DNA of 64,000 bases from Prasinococcaceae sp. CCMP 1430 (Eukaryota > Plantae > Prasinodermophyta), in assembly GCA_013416795.1 (NCBI GenBank), contig RQSC01000025.1:314137-378136 (forward strand). Direction: 5' to 3'. Both the position numbers and the translations under genes were made by a program. Numbering within the stretch: the first letter of the stretch is position 1; every line of letters starts with the position of its first letter. The notes under the pieces are model-generated. The model was not told the origin of the DNA, searched no databases, and worked only from the letters and a program-made list of their open reading frames with translations. Shown here one piece after another: positions 35,951 to 47,361 of the stretch.

Positions 35951-36479
35951 CGGCAGAGCCGCGGCCGCGCCCCCGGCTGGCAGCTGCTCCGGCCGCCGGC
36001 GGACGTGTTTGGGTTGTGTTTGGGATTAAAATCAGGGTAAACAATCCGCGCAACGCAACTTCAGCTGGGTGTGATTGGGGGGGCGGTCAGAACAAAGGCG
36101 ACGCGCGGGTTGGTTCCCTCGGGCGAGGAGCGCCAAATGTGAAATGAATGGTGGTTGATGGGTAGTCGGGGGAGGAAAAAGAACAAGAAAATATCGCGCG
36201 AGCGCTCGGGGTGCGTTGCGCGCATCGGGAGCGAGCGTTCCCCGGATGCGTATTCGGAGGCGTTCCGCGCGGGGGAACCGCGGTTCGTAGATCAAAGCGG
36301 TGATGAAATGGCCACTCGTTGGCGATGCGTCGCTCCGTGAATTTGGCGGGGCGACAACGTCGTCCAACCGCCTGCGGCGGGCGGCGGTTGGCGGACGCGC
36401 GGGGGCGCGCCACACGCCGCTCGTGCCCCCCACGTTGCGATCCGAGCGCGCCTCACCTCCCTCCTCCTTCTGCGATCAC

Positions 36480-37022
36480 ATGCTCGCGGCCTCCTCGCGC
36501 GTTGCAACGGCCGCCTCGCGCGTCTCTCTCCGCGCGTGCCCGAGAGCACGTCCCGCGCGCGCCGCGCGAAGCCGCAGCATGGGGGGCTTCATGTCGCGTC
36601 TCAGGGCGTTCGCGTCCGTCTCGCCAGAGGATGACGTCGCCGCCGTGAAGGAGTGCATCAAGGGCTTCTGGGGCCAGGCGGATCTCCGCAAGGAAGAGCG
36701 CGACAAGTACGCGCTCGACGACTGCATGCTGATCCGCCCGACGGGCAATCCGATGACGATGGCGCTGATGGACGGCATGCTCGACAGCACGGACATCAGC
36801 GTCGAGCTGCAGGAGGTCACCGAATTCCATCACGTGGATGTCAGCGGCGACCGCGCGTTCACCTGCTTCAGCCAGCACGCCAAGTTCAGCTTCAAGGGCA
36901 CGCCCAACGACGACCTGGCCGTGTTCACAGCCTATCTCCACCGCACGCCTGCGGGATGGCGCGTCGCGTATGCGCAGCGCTCCTCCGGCCGCGCTCCGAC
37001 CGACGACAAGCCCTCGTTCTGA
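36480..37022 (+). CDS. NTF2/SnoaL-like protein (DUF3804-like) with organellar transit peptide
   Basis: A/R/S-rich leader, then IRPTGNP...F.FKGTPNDDLAVFT...W....QRSSG; single exon. Confidence 0.7.
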   Translation: MLAASSRVATAASRVSLRACPRARPARAARSRSMGGFMSRLRAFASVSPEDDVAAVKECIKGFWGQADLRKEERDKYALDDCMLIRPTGNPMTMALMDGMLDSTDISVELQEVTEFHHVDVSGDRAFTCFSQHAKFSFKGTPNDDLAVFTAYLHRTPAGWRVAYAQRSSGRAPTDDKPSF

Positions 37023-37237
37023 GCGAGGCGCGCTGTCTCAGTGTTTCACACCGCGCTGCTCGCTTCATATGGCCAACCCCATGGGACTCGATAAGACACA
37101 ATCCGTTCTTGCGCTGCCCCAGACCCGCCGCGTGCGAGGCGAATTCGACAGCAGCTGTCACATCAGTGCCAGGCGAGGGGACGGACGTCACTGCTCCGCG
37201 CGCCCCTGAGTACACCCACCGTTTGTCGTCTTGAAAA

Positions 37238-38857
37238 ATGCGCCACGTGGGAACGCAGGCGGTGCGGGCAATGAGTGCCACTTGCGTGCGCGCGACGGAT
37301 GACGCGCGGGGATGGCAGGCATGGATGGGGCGAAGTCAGGAGCGCGCGCGCGCGAAAGATGGCAGCGTCCCCGCGCCACACCTCGTCGCGTGGAAGCCGC
37401 AGGCGAAGATGCCGATGCCATCCTCGGCAGCGCGCCCTTCAGGTGGCGCTGGCGCCCACACTGCACTCACCCTCACCTACTACCGTATGCACCCGCACGC
37501 CGCCGGTGGCTGCCGCAGCCGCAGCACCAGCGTGGAGCTCACGCCGCGCGCGTTTGAGCTCGTCGACATTGCGCTTGAGGCGTACGTGTCTTTGCGCGTT
37601 GATCATTTGATGCGGGCGACCGGTCACCATAATCAGCAGGAGGAGGCATGCGCAGTGGCGCATCCCGAAGGCGCTTCTACGGGCGGAGTGGCTGGATGCG
37701 CAATCGCCGAGGCTGAGGGTGATTGTAGGCTCGCCGAACGTCTTGCAGAACGTGATTCGACGGGCAGCAGCGAAAGCAGTCGAGCACCAAGCATGTCTGC
37801 TCTCGCCGAGCGTGGCGTGAGCGTTGTGCACGCACAGCATCCTAATTCGACAGCGGCCGACGCTGCGGGCTCGAGCACGTGGCCGAGCTCCAGCGACGGC
37901 GCAGCCGTGGCGCCACCTGCGCTGCCAATGCGCCGCGAGCACAGCGCCGCCTCGTCGCTTGGCTCCTCAACCGGCTCCAACATCGTCGCCTCGTGCCCGC
38001 CACGTGATGTGAGGAGCTCGCGCGGCTGGCCACCGGCCGGTTGGCCTGCAGGAGAGCGAGATGTGCCCGTCGACGCCAGAATGGCGCCATCGCCATGCGA
38101 GGCGTCGTCTGAATCGTCGTGGGCGATAGTGGATGACGCAGCGGAGGCAGCAGGGCGTGCAAGCGACAACGATTTGAGGAGCGGGCGGGGCTTTGCCGTG
38201 GGCGCCTCCGATGCTGTACAATTTTTTGAGTTGCCCGACGCCCGGCCACTCGACGCCGACTTCGAGGAGCTCCCTGAGGACTGCGCCAGCGTCCTGAGCA
38301 CAGCGCTTGCGCGCCCCGCCGTTTTTAGCAGCATCCCGAGCTCCTCGAGCGAGAGCGCCGGAGCAAGCACGCGCGAGAGCACCAACTGCAGAGTGCATGC
38401 AGGCACGGCGAGATCAGACACGAGCAGTGGAGCCGCCAGCAGTGATGGCGGGGCCGAGGAGCTCATGGAGGCAATCGAGGCTGCAATCATGACCGTACCG
38501 TCCTCGCAGCCGCAGAGCCGAGCGGCTCCAATAGGCACTCAGATGTCGACGGCGGCCGCCTCGTCCTCCGGAACGACGACGCCGATCGAACCGAACATGA
38601 TTGACAACGCTCATAGCTTTCTTTCACACGTACTCGGTGCTATGTCGGGCGGCCTGCGTCGCGTGCGCGACAGCTGCCTCCGCAGGGTACTATTTCAAGA
38701 GGCTACCGATGGCTCGGTCCACCTGCGCAACAGCGCCATGGCACTGATCATCGCGGTGGCCATAATCTCTTTCACGCGCAGCTCAAGCTCACCCGCAGGG
38801 CGCACTTTGCTGAAGGCGAGGGTCTTGCGGCGCGAACAGCGGCGCTCGCAAAACTAG
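37238..38857 (+). CDS. Hypothetical Ser/Ala-rich protein with C-terminal hydrophobic segment
   Basis: 539-aa ORF; SAMALIIAVAIISF near the C-terminus; start uncertain. Confidence 0.5.
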   Translation: MRHVGTQAVRAMSATCVRATDDARGWQAWMGRSQERARAKDGSVPAPHLVAWKPQAKMPMPSSAARPSGGAGAHTALTLTYYRMHPHAAGGCRSRSTSVELTPRAFELVDIALEAYVSLRVDHLMRATGHHNQQEEACAVAHPEGASTGGVAGCAIAEAEGDCRLAERLAERDSTGSSESSRAPSMSALAERGVSVVHAQHPNSTAADAAGSSTWPSSSDGAAVAPPALPMRREHSAASSLGSSTGSNIVASCPPRDVRSSRGWPPAGWPAGERDVPVDARMAPSPCEASSESSWAIVDDAAEAAGRASDNDLRSGRGFAVGASDAVQFFELPDARPLDADFEELPEDCASVLSTALARPAVFSSIPSSSSESAGASTRESTNCRVHAGTARSDTSSGAASSDGGAEELMEAIEAAIMTVPSSQPQSRAAPIGTQMSTAAASSSGTTTPIEPNMIDNAHSFLSHVLGAMSGGLRRVRDSCLRRVLFQEATDGSVHLRNSAMALIIAVAIISFTRSSSSPAGRTLLKARVLRREQRRSQN

Positions 38858-38977
38858 TGGTAGCCACCCGCGCAGACCCAAACCACGTGCCACGGATGGA
38901 GGTTGCACACGATCGTATACATGGGGTTAACGTACAGCGGCAGGACAGGCTCTGCAGCGCCCGCCGCTCAACGCGCT

Positions 38978-40118
38978 TTAGGACGGGCGCGTGAGCAGAG
39001 CTAGTGCGGCATGCAGCGACTCGACAGCACTCTCCACGTCGTCGAATCCCAGCGCGCTCACTGCCACGCGGCACGCCTTCTGTGCGTCATCGACTGCCTT
39101 GCGGCTGGGCGCAAAGCCGGGCACGGCGGTGGGTGGCGCCGCCGGCGCAGTGGCCGCCTGCGCAGGCAGGGGTGTGTGGGAAGGGGCGGGTGCGGGTGGT
39201 GGCTGCATCGGCGGTGCTGATGGCACAACTGGGGGCGGATACGCGGCTGCGGGCGGAATGGAAGGGGGCGCCGCTGGCGGGGCTGGCTGGCTCGGCACTG
39301 CGGGGGGGGGCGGGGGCTGGGGCAACGGCGCTCCGCCCGCCGCGGCTTCAGGCGAGGGCAGTGGCGCCGTGTCGTCCACCACCGACAGGTCTCCCAGGGA
39401 TGGCAAATCTGGCAGCGCATCGCCGGGGTCTTGAGCAGCCCCGTCCGCCACCGCGCCCGCAGTGAGGGCGTCCTCTGCATCGTCGGCCAGCGGGACCACT
39501 CCTCCGGGCATTGGCTGGCGGCCCTCCCGAAGCGCGGCCTGAATGTCCGCCGCCTTCCAAGCAGCGTATTTCATCTTCTCTTGGATGTCCTCGCGCAGAT
39601 CGCCGAAGTGCAGGAGCACCTCGAAGAAGCGCGCTGCTGCGACGAAGGCCTTGGCCGTCGTGAGCGTCGCCTTGCCCGCGAGGTCGACCTTAGCGGCGCG
39701 GCCGAAGACGGCCAGCGCAAACCCCTCGCAGTGGAGCGCGTCCTCGTCGCGAGTGCCGAACTTGTTTGCAGCCGTCAACGCCGCCTGACGTGCGAGCGTG
39801 ACGCGTGCGCGCGCGCGTGCACACGTCAGCACGCCAGCACAGCGCTCGCGCTCGTGGGAGGTCCGCTCGCAGTGGGGCGTAGCGTAACCACCTCCTGCGA
39901 GGCAGAGCGAAGAGGGGGTCTCCGCCGCGCACCTTGTCCTTCTCAAGCTGGTTCAGCACGGAAAGGAGCATGCCTCTATCCGCGCCGGAGCCCATGCCGA
40001 GATCCATCGCGTACATGCGGCAGTAGTACGCGACCAGCGGGTCGACCTTGGCGATCTCCTCTGCGCGCTTCAGGAACGGCACGATCGCCTTGGTCGCCTC
40101 ATCCATCGGCGCCGCCAT
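38978..40118 (-). CDS. VTA1: VTA1/LIP5, ESCRT VPS4 activator
   Basis: PFLKRAEE....PLVAYYCRMYA, KYAAWKAADI..ALREG, Pro-rich linker, VSL domain AQKACRVAVSALGFDDV..A; intron 39785-39932. Confidence 0.92.
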
Positions 40119-42028
40119 AGCTCGCTGACGCGCGCCCGCGCGCGCGCCGGAGCCCCGTGGGTGGGTGTGGGGGGGTGAGGGATGGCGCGGCGATTGTCGC
40201 CGCTTCTTCGCTGCCCTCTCTCCCCCTCCCCTTCGACCCTCCCCTCGCGGGGACGCGCCCTCGGCCGCCGCCGCGACCGCGCGGCAGCGCGCGAGCGCGC
40301 GCGCGCGCTGTGGCGCGCGCGGCGCGCCGCGCCTCCCTCGCTGCCGGGACGCGCGCCACCTGGAAGCGCCGGCAGGCTTGACTGCACAGGGCGCGAGGTT
40401 ACGGTTCACTTTAGGGTTATTTGTGTAGGGTTCCATCAATTTTTGACCCGTCGAAGGTTACAGTTCGTTCGTTGGTTCGTTCCCCGGCGTTGGGCCGTTG
40501 GGATGTGGATGCGATGCGGTGCGGTGCGATGCGATGCGTTGACGGTGGAGATCGGCCGCGCGCGCGAGGGAGAGCGCAGCGCGCGCCCTGTGGGGGCGGT
40601 GGCCACACGGCGCGCGCCCGGCGCGGGGAAGCACCCCCTTCCACCCAGCCTGTGCCGGTGCGCGCGATGGCCTCGGCGGAACATGGCGGTGCGACCGACG
40701 AACAGCTCGTTAATGTGAAAAAAAAAGAGAAAAAGGTTCGACGTCCCACCGAATGAAAAGGGGGGGGCAGGCGGGCGGGCGCAGCCGCCGCGCGCTGTGG
40801 CGCGCGCGCGCGCTCGATTTCGCCCCTCTTCCGAGGAAATATTTCCTCTGGGAAGACTCTTTCAATATCTAATCCGCTAAATAGTATCTTCTACACATAC
40901 GAAGCATATGTCGTTTCATCGGTACGCAACAATTCATCACCGTCAATTAATGCACCCTTTCCGCGGTCGGAGCGCGCGCACCCTAGGCAGCTACTGCAGG
41001 GAGCTCGATCGATCGAGACAGAGGGCTCTTGAGCCGAGCCACGTCCCCTCCCTCCCTGCCGCGCGCGCGCGGCGCGGCGGAAAAGAAAAAAAAAACGAGG
41101 GCGGATTTGATGGACGATGCGCTGCAGCGGGCGGGCGCCCCGTCGCCGTCGCCGTCGCGTCGCCACACCCGCCCGGGGCCGGCCCCGGCCTTTCTTCCGT
41201 CGTCGATCGCTGTGTTTCGCCCCATTTCGATCCGGATCTCTCCGTGGATGGGTCGTTCCCCGGCTTGGTTGGTCGGTGGGTCGCCCCGGTCCCGATTAGA
41301 AAAAAGGGGCGCGGGCCGGGCGCGCCGCGCGCCGCGCGCGGATCTGAAACGCCCGCCTTCCCTGGCGCGGCCGCGGAGGGACGGGGGCGCGCCAAAAGGC
41401 GCGCTTTCCTCCGAGATGGCCAGGTTGGAGAGGGCCTGATATTCGGCAACGATGCGCGCACGCGCGAGCGCGGGCGCGGCGCAGGGGGCGCGGGGGGCGG
41501 GCGGGCGTGCGGAGGGAGGGGGCAGGCGGGAGAGAGGAGGAGAGGGCGAGGCGGCGCGAAGGCGCGCCCGGTGCGCCGAGGGTAGGCCAAGCGCGGGGGT
41601 GAGAGGCGGCGGGCGGAGGAGAGGGGGCGTGCCTCGAGCGGGCGCCTCGTCGCCCGCCCCCCTCACCACCCCCTACCTGCGGCGGCGGTTTTTCCGTGCG
41701 CTCGCCGCGCGCGCGTGGCAGCTTCCGACCTGCGCGCGCGCGCGCGCGCGGTGCGGGCTTCCTCTCCCCGCCCCGCCCCCCCCCCTCTCTCTCGTACGCG
41801 CAAAGGACGCGGCACACCCGCTGCGCGGCGACGAGGCGCTCGGACCTCAGGGGGTCGTGGGCTGAGGCAGGCTGAAAGTCCCGGCACCCACTCGCTCCAG
41901 AAGGGACACTCCAACCCCACACGGGTGGGCACAGGGAGGGCGGGGGAAGGGGGCCGAAGGGCAGAGCTGTGCACGTGCGGGGCGAGGGGTGCTTGCGTTG
42001 ACCTTCGCCTCAAGCGTACGGCGCCGGG

Positions 42029-44521
42029 ATGCTCGTGCTGGTCGCGGCCACGGGCCGCTCATTTGAGCTGGACGCGTCGCCCACCACGCGTGTCGACATT
42101 GTGCAGCGGGCGCTCGAATCGCTCGCCGGCGTGCCAGTCGCCGAGCAGGTCCTCATCAGCGGTGGAACGAGGCTGGACCCCGGCAGGGAGCTGCAGCACT
42201 ATGGTCTACCGAGCGTGTCCCCGCGGCAGCAGCAGCAGGGAATGAGCTCGTCCACTTCGAGCCTCCGAACGCTGCGCCACGTATTTCTCTTCAGCAAGGA
42301 TCTGCTGAGGGGCGGCACAGGCAGCGAGGAGAGCCGCGCACCACCCCCGATAGAGCCCCCGGACGATGACGATGCCGTGGCCCCACCGCCATACGACGAT
42401 GCTGGCGCTGCGGCTGGCCCGCGCCATCCCCTCGACAATGCGCCCAGCCCCCTTCTGCGGGCGCTTCCAGACTACCAGCGGCGCTTTCGGCACCACCTGG
42501 GCTACGCTCGAGCACTGTGGGGATGCAGCCAGGCGCGACTAGCGACGGCTCGGCGTCTCGTGGCGGAGCAGCACGTGCAGGCGCTGGCAATTGACAGCGC
42601 ACGCGAAAACGTCGAGGCGCACTACGAGTACATCGTGCGCTTCTACGAGAGCTTCGTGGCCGACTTTGAGCGCCGGCGCGCCGAATTCCGCGCCACGCTG
42701 TCGCGCTTCCCGCAAGACCTCGAGCGCCTGCAGACGATCCCGACGGTGGGTGCGGCGACTGCGGCGGGCTTCACCTCGCTCGCCGACTGCGTCAATGCCG
42801 AGCGCCTGCGAGGTCGCGCCGCGGAGTGCGAGGAGGGGCTGGCGCGCTTCGAGGTCAAGGTGCAAGATTTGGGGTCCAAGTTCGTCGAGCTGCAGCAAGC
42901 GGTCGAGGCACTCATGATGACCGGCCCGGACATTGACATCGGCGAGCTCGACGCCGACCTGCGCGACGCAAGCGCCTACGTTGAAGAGCAAACAGCGGTG
43001 ACGCAGTCGCTGCAGAAAGACCTCGAGACGGTCGAACGCATGGCTGAGGAGACCCTCCGCCAGCTCGAGGGGCGACAAGGTGCAGGTCATGCTCCGGCCT
43101 CCCTGACTAGACCCGACGTCGGCGCGCTGTCGGCGTCACAGTCAATGTCAGCTTCGCCGCTGGACAACGTGGCCGCCCTGGATCCGATGAATGCGCTGCA
43201 CACCAGTGCTCACCTCCCGCAGATGGAGTCGTGCGACGCGCACCTGGACGCCCTTGCGCGTCGCTGCCATGCGGCGAAAGCGGCTATGACTGCCGCAGTG
43301 CACTCGCAGCTGCGCGATGTGAGCCGGCTCCAGGGCCGCATCCGTGACATGAAGCGCACTGTCACTCTCTTTGGCGAAGTGATGTCGCGGCAGGCGTCGG
43401 CGTTTGACGAGCTACGCGCAGCTGCGCGTGCCCCCGCAGCGTTCAGCGCGTGCCTCGCCGAATGCGCGCGCCGTCGCGCCTTCCAGAAGCACTACGCGGC
43501 CAAGGCGGCCGCTATGGCCGAAGCGCTGGCGGTCGCGCGAGCCGCTGAGGCTGACCGTGCCTCGAAATTTGCTCGTTCTCATGAGCGATACCTCCCACGC
43601 CAGCTGCTCGACGCGATGGGTCTCTACGCTACGCCGCCAGGATGCGACGTGTCGGTGCCACCTGCAGATGGAGGGGCCTATGGTGGCGCCATGACCGACA
43701 CCGAAATGGCCGCCCTTCCTGCAGATCTCCGCGCGCAAGCCGAGGCGGAGGCCAAGGAGGCGGCGCGCGCCGCTGACGCACGAGCTGCCCAGGAGGCCGA
43801 ACACAATGATTCAGCAATGGCGGCACTAGCATCCGACGTGACTCAGGCTGAAGCTGCCCTTGGCAAAGCCGAGGCGGAGCTGCAGGCCCCCGTCGAGCCG
43901 CTCGCCGTGTCGGCGGCGGCAGCGTTCCCCGAAGTGCCAGAGCCAGGCGCACCTTCGAATAGTCAAGCGCCGTCCACTCAGTGCCCTGACGACACTGGGA
44001 GGCTCACGGTCGCTCTCAATGAATGCGGTGTGTCGTGCGCACTCCCAGTGGGATCCTCGCAGGCGGGACCCAGCGAAGAGCCGCTGCGGACTGGTGCTGC
44101 CAAGGCGAACGCAGACGATTCTGCGTACTCGTGCGAAAGCGCACCAGAGCAAGGCCCCGTACCAGAGCAAGGCCCAACCATGCATGCCAATCAGCAAATC
44201 GAGGGCAGCCGCCACGAGGGCGTGCTGTGCGGGGAGGGCGAGGCGGCAGTCGCGTCTTCAGAGCCAAGGGACGCTCCGCCGATCCAACTGACCGCCGTTG
44301 AGCCAGAGCAGCGCTCGCAATCGTCGGCGGAACAGCGGGGGGAACATGCCCGGGCGGAGGCGCCCGCGGGAGAGTGCGAGACGAAAGGCGATGGCTGTCC
44401 GAGCATTCCTGCCGAAGTGACTACCCCAGCCCCCGCTGAGTCGAGCGACTCTGAGGACGACGGCGCGATCCCAGACCTCGACGAGGCAGTCGCGTCAATG
44501 CACAGCGACGGCCTTTGCTGA
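42029..44521 (+). CDS. ATG11: ATG11/FIP200-like autophagy scaffold
   Basis: N-terminal ubiquitin-like domain (GRSFELD...EQVL..G.RL.P...YGLP...VFLFSK), plant-ATG11 motif HPLD...P.L.ALP.Y.R.FR.H, ATG17-like helical region ending ACLAECARR. Confidence 0.85.
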   Translation: MLVLVAATGRSFELDASPTTRVDIVQRALESLAGVPVAEQVLISGGTRLDPGRELQHYGLPSVSPRQQQQGMSSSTSSLRTLRHVFLFSKDLLRGGTGSEESRAPPPIEPPDDDDAVAPPPYDDAGAAAGPRHPLDNAPSPLLRALPDYQRRFRHHLGYARALWGCSQARLATARRLVAEQHVQALAIDSARENVEAHYEYIVRFYESFVADFERRRAEFRATLSRFPQDLERLQTIPTVGAATAAGFTSLADCVNAERLRGRAAECEEGLARFEVKVQDLGSKFVELQQAVEALMMTGPDIDIGELDADLRDASAYVEEQTAVTQSLQKDLETVERMAEETLRQLEGRQGAGHAPASLTRPDVGALSASQSMSASPLDNVAALDPMNALHTSAHLPQMESCDAHLDALARRCHAAKAAMTAAVHSQLRDVSRLQGRIRDMKRTVTLFGEVMSRQASAFDELRAAARAPAAFSACLAECARRRAFQKHYAAKAAAMAEALAVARAAEADRASKFARSHERYLPRQLLDAMGLYATPPGCDVSVPPADGGAYGGAMTDTEMAALPADLRAQAEAEAKEAARAADARAAQEAEHNDSAMAALASDVTQAEAALGKAEAELQAPVEPLAVSAAAAFPEVPEPGAPSNSQAPSTQCPDDTGRLTVALNECGVSCALPVGSSQAGPSEEPLRTGAAKANADDSAYSCESAPEQGPVPEQGPTMHANQQIEGSRHEGVLCGEGEAAVASSEPRDAPPIQLTAVEPEQRSQSSAEQRGEHARAEAPAGECETKGDGCPSIPAEVTTPAPAESSDSEDDGAIPDLDEAVASMHSDGLC

Positions 44522-44684
44522 GCGTGCGCACGCCATGCAACTGCGGTGCGTTGCGCCGCCTCGGGGCAGCCTGTTGCTCCGGGCGATTCGCCGCTGGTGA
44601 GAGGATGGACTTCTGCTCATGTCGCTGCACATCTGTTCTTTGTTTGTTACATACAAAACATTGGTCAGCCCGCACCCGCCCTTC

Positions 44685-45482
44685 TTAATGAAGGCGCCTT
44701 TCCTTGTACCTCGTCCTTTCCTCCTCCATGGCCTCCACCTCTCTCAGCCACATGAGGCGTTTGCGCTTGGCCTCTTTACGGAGGCTGATGATGCCACCCC
44801 CGGCAGGCTCGGCCGCGCGGCCCGGCGCTCTGCTCTCTGCTCGCTCGCGCCCCTCGCCCGCCTCGTGTTCTCGCTGACGTCGTTCCAGCTGCTCCATTGG
44901 ATCCACTGGCGGCGGCGTGCGCGAGCGCGAGCGCCTCCGCCCCGGTGCAGCGGCGGCCGCCTCACCGTCGCCGTATCGCTTTCTAAGAAAGTCGACCATG
45001 CACGCGCCATCGCCGCCGTCCTCGCTGTCATCGCCGAGGCCGCCGCCGCTCGCGAGGAGTTCATCATACAGCTGCGCCTTGCGCTCCAGCGCGCTGTGTA
45101 TGCTTGGCCGATCCATAGCACTCAGTGCAGCCGCATCGGCAGCAGCACGCTCACGGACGCCTCGGTTGTGCACGCTTGGCTCATCGTCTGCTCCCGATCC
45201 ACGCCCCGCGCCTGGCTTCTTGAGGCGCAGGCCGCCGCCCGTACCCGAACTGGGCCTGCCGTGACATCTCCTCACCCGCGCCCCTTCCGCCCCGGCGAGC
45301 TGCGCTTTGAGCCCATCGAGCGCACTTCCATCCACATTCCCCGGAAGCAGCTGCTTCTGACGCTTGCGTGCTGCCACGTTGTGAACCGTTGCGAGGAAGC
45401 CTGCGCCACCCATGCGGCGTGCGCTGCGCGTGAAATGCTCGGCCTGCACAGCTCGCTCATCGCCGCCCCGATGCACGGACAT
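44685..45482 (-). CDS. CCDC174-like coiled-coil protein
   Basis: S.LDGLKAQL, NRGVRERAAAD, SALERKAQLYDEL, MVDFLRK motifs; TGTAA at 44647-44651. Confidence 0.65.
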   Translation of the reverse strand: MSVHRGGDERAVQAEHFTRSARRMGGAGFLATVHNVAARKRQKQLLPGNVDGSALDGLKAQLAGAEGARVRRCHGRPSSGTGGGLRLKKPGAGRGSGADDEPSVHNRGVRERAAADAAALSAMDRPSIHSALERKAQLYDELLASGGGLGDDSEDGGDGACMVDFLRKRYGDGEAAAAAPGRRRSRSRTPPPVDPMEQLERRQREHEAGEGRERAESRAPGRAAEPAGGGIISLRKEAKRKRLMWLREVEAMEEERTRYKERRLH

Positions 45483-47361
45483 CACACGCGACACGCGCGT
45501 CAGAGGGGGGGGGCAGGCCAAGCACACGGTCCAAAGCTTGCGGAGCCGTGCAGTCCGGCGTAGCGGTTGGCGCCGCGGCGGACGCTACGGTGCCCCGCGC
45601 GTACCACTGTGCTCGCCTTGGCGCGCGCCAGAGCGTGGCGCAGTGAGTGCTCGACACTTGCTCGGTGTGCCCGCCTGGGCGCTGCTCGCGGTCGTTCGCT
45701 CGCCCGCACCGCGTAGCCCGGCTCAGGCCCCTCACGGGTCAGCGTTGGGAGCGGCGGCGGCAGCAGCAGCGGCGGGTCAGGCTGGGTGCGCTGTGTGATG
45801 CGCCGTCCGCGGCAGCAGCAGCAACAGCAGGTCTCGGCGGGCGCGCCGTGTGACGCGCCGTCCGTGCTACTCGAGCGTCCCGTGCCTACCAGTACTGCGC
45901 GTGGGTACCTGGCATGGACCACATGGCATGTCTTTTAAGTTTTTTTTGGTCACCGGGTACACGTGCGGTACCCCAGGTACGCGTGTGCCTGGAGACCTGG
46001 TAGTCGGGGTACGCAATCTTGAGGTCTTGAGGATACCTTCCGATCGGCGGGCAGCTCGGTCCGGGCAGCTCGTCGTACGACAGACAAGACACCCCTTGGC
46101 TGGCACGGCACTCTCGGGCTCGCACCACGGGTCGACCATCGATTCCATGGTGCACGTGCACATGCGCGCGTCGCTGGGCCGGTCGATGCGCAAACTCGAG
46201 CGCCCGCCGCTGCGAGTGGCGATCGGATCCAAACCGACGCGTCCTCACGCGCGCGCGCGGCCGCACGTCGCTCCGGCCGGCCGGATCGAGATCCCCTAGC
46301 AACCACCCAACCAACACCCCGGCGGGCCTGCCTGCTGCCCTGCCGGCCGGCCGCGGCGGCACGCGCGAGGCGTCACCGCGTCTCCGAGCGGCGAAAACCA
46401 AAAAAAAAAACGCGCACGCGCGCGCGCGCGCGCGCCTTCCCCCCACCCCGCGGCCCCGCACGGAAGGGATTCCACCTCAGCGCGCACGCGCGACCTCGGC
46501 GCGCGATCGTAACGCAACGAAGGCGGAGTTTGCCCCGTTCGCGCAGCACGCGCGGCCGGAAGGATTCCGCCCGCGCGCGGCGCGGGGGTGCCGCAGTGTG
46601 GAATCCCCTCGGGCGAAAGCGCGCGCGCGCGCGCGCGGCCAGACCGAGCGCAGCAGCGCCCCCCGGCCCGGGGTGCGGCGGCGACGCCCATTTTTTTTTT
46701 TTTTTCCGAGGGGAGCGGAGGCGGGCGGTGGTGGGCTGCGGGGCCGCTGCGCGCCCGCGCCGCATGCTTTTTGATTTTGATTTTGTTATTTTTTTAGGCG
46801 GGCGCATTTTTCGCCCAATTTCCCCAAAAAAGGGTGGGCACGAGCGACGGCGCGCCCAGCCGCGGCGCGGGTGGACGCGGCGCTGGCGCCGGTCGCCGCA
46901 CGCGAGCAGGCTGCAGGGAAGAGAGGGCTCACGCGAGGGGACGCCTTCCTGGGACCCTGATCCAGCCAGCCCGAGGCGCTCGCGCGCGCGCGCGAGCTGT
47001 TGCGACCCCTGCGCCCGACGCTGCTTGCTCCTCTAGCACAGCGCGGTTTGGCCCCCCATTTTTGGGGGGGTGGGCGGGAAGGTGACGCACAGGAGGGGGG
47101 AAGTGGGAGGGGAGAAGGGCGCCCGACGCCCGGTGGGGAGCACGCCCACGCGTGGTTGGAGCTGTCGCGAGATGGCATCGGCACAGAATCCGACACTTCG
47201 ATGCCGAGGCGCGCTTCCTCAGGCTGTTGGTGGGCCCCTGCTAGCGCGTCGTCTCCGCGCCAACAGTTTTCAAATGCTCATGTGCGTTGTGCTGACCGCC
47301 CAGCGCGCGTGATGTTCTCTTTGCCTCGCGCGTGCACGTGCCCTGCAGGCTACACCACACC

